This document shows, one piece after another, positions 62,225 through 64,000 of a stretch of 64,000 bases of DNA (the first letter of the stretch is position 1; each line of letters begins with the position of its first letter). The stretch comes from the human T2T-CHM13v2.0 reference genome, Homo sapiens, in the NCBI RefSeq assembly GCF_009914755.1, contig NC_060932.1. One strand, 5' to 3'. Under the pieces are notes generated by a model, which was given only the letters and a program-made list of their open reading frames with translations, searched no databases and was not told the DNA's origin. The translations under genes were made by a program, and so were the position numbers.

Positions 62225-62517
62225 CTTTTTTTTTCTTGAGACAGAGTCTCGCTCTGTCACCAGGCTGGAGTGCAGTGGTGCGATCTCGGCTCACCGTAAC
62301 CTCCGCCTCCTGGGTTCAGGCGATTCTCCTTGCCTCAGCCTCCCGAGTAGCTGGGACTACAGGCATGCGCCACCACACCCAGCTAATTTTTGTATTTTTA
62401 GTAGAGACAGGGTTTCACCATGTTGGCCAGGATGGTCTCGATCCCTTGACCTCGTGATCCACCCACCTCAGCCTCCCAAAGTGCTGGGATTACAGGCGTG
62501 AGCCACCGCACCCGGCC
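62225..62517 (-). mobile_element. AluSc-like
   Basis: Diagnostics CTGTCACCAGG and GACCTCGTGATCC; perfect 17-bp TSD TACTACCAATAATTCTT at 62208-62224 and 62518-62534. Confidence 0.95.
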
Positions 62518-63102
62518 TACTACCAATAATTCTTATACCTAATATAAAGTCTTACTATATATCCAATAATGTGCTAAGTGATTTATCATTGCCTCATTTA
62601 GTCCTGTCAACTCATTTACAGCTGAGAAACTGAGGTTCACAATTAAATAATTTGCTTCAGGTTCTACAGCTAGAAAATGGTAGAGGCCAGCCCACCCAAA
62701 CCTCTCAGGTTCCATTGCTTCAGCTGTGACCATTAGGTATACTGTCTCCTGTCCTGCAGATGGTGCTAGGAGACATTATCACATGCAGTGGCTGGAAGAG
62801 TAAACTAGTATAATCTTTTTAGAAAGCAATTGTGCAAGACACGTCACGGGCTTTAAAAATGTTCACATTATTTGCAAATAATATCTCTAAGAATATATGC
62901 TGAGAAAATAACCTGAGATGTACTCCAAAATGTACGAACAGGATGTTCACAGCATCATTATACATTATAGTGAGAAAGGTGAAAAAAAAAGTCAAAGAAG
63001 GGAAATGGTTAAATAAATTACACTGTTTCTATTTAAAATGGCTTTCAATGACATGGCAAAATCTTACATAAAATAAGTATGATATGAAAGTATATTTCAT
63101 AT

Positions 63103-63419
<317 letters not shown>

Positions 63420-63700
63420 TCATATAAATCTGTTTTATAAAAATATAAAAACCTGTTTACAATGCATGCATAGTAAAAGCACTGGGAGAAATAAACACAG
63501 TTGTTAGTTGTTATTTATTGTGTGATGAGATTACAGATCTTTTAAAAAATTGCTTCAATGTTTTTCATATTTATTATGATGAACACATTATTTTCATCAT
63601 CTTAAAAAATACATTTTCTTATACATGATTCATTCTACAAAAGCCTGATTTCTACTCAACTTTCTAGATTGCACCTGTTGCATCAAAACACCTTTATTTA

Positions 63701-63943
<243 letters not shown>

Positions 63944-64000
63944 AAAAACACCTTTATTTAAAAGGAGTGTTTTCACATTTTTAGCTTAATTCCTAGAACA

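Overview
Primate (human-like) genomic DNA, CpG-depleted with no CpG island. It is dominated by interspersed repeats: about 17 Alu-family elements, three larger L1 insertions, L2/MIR relics, MaLR and ERV1 LTRs (including a near-complete MST-type provirus) and hAT DNA-transposon fossils. No host protein-coding gene can be supported; the long ORFs are L1 ORF2 remnants, Alu or MaLR read-throughs, or products of a stop-poor minisatellite. The most notable items are: an Alu with an internal inversion enclosed by a single TSD (10.7-11.0 kb); a twin-primed 5'-inverted L1 with a 20-bp TSD (6.2-8.5 kb); two Alus tail-to-tail at what looks like one target site (37.3-37.9 kb); a palindromic filler at an Alu-associated deletion in an LTR (60.8 kb); a ~780-bp 22-24-mer minisatellite with long ORFs on both strands (57.6-58.4 kb); and several minus-strand exon-like segments with consensus splice sites (51.4-53.5 kb and 21.6-23.0 kb) suggesting a spliced, mostly non-coding transcript. 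Repeat subfamily names were recognised by eye and old-repeat boundaries are approximate.
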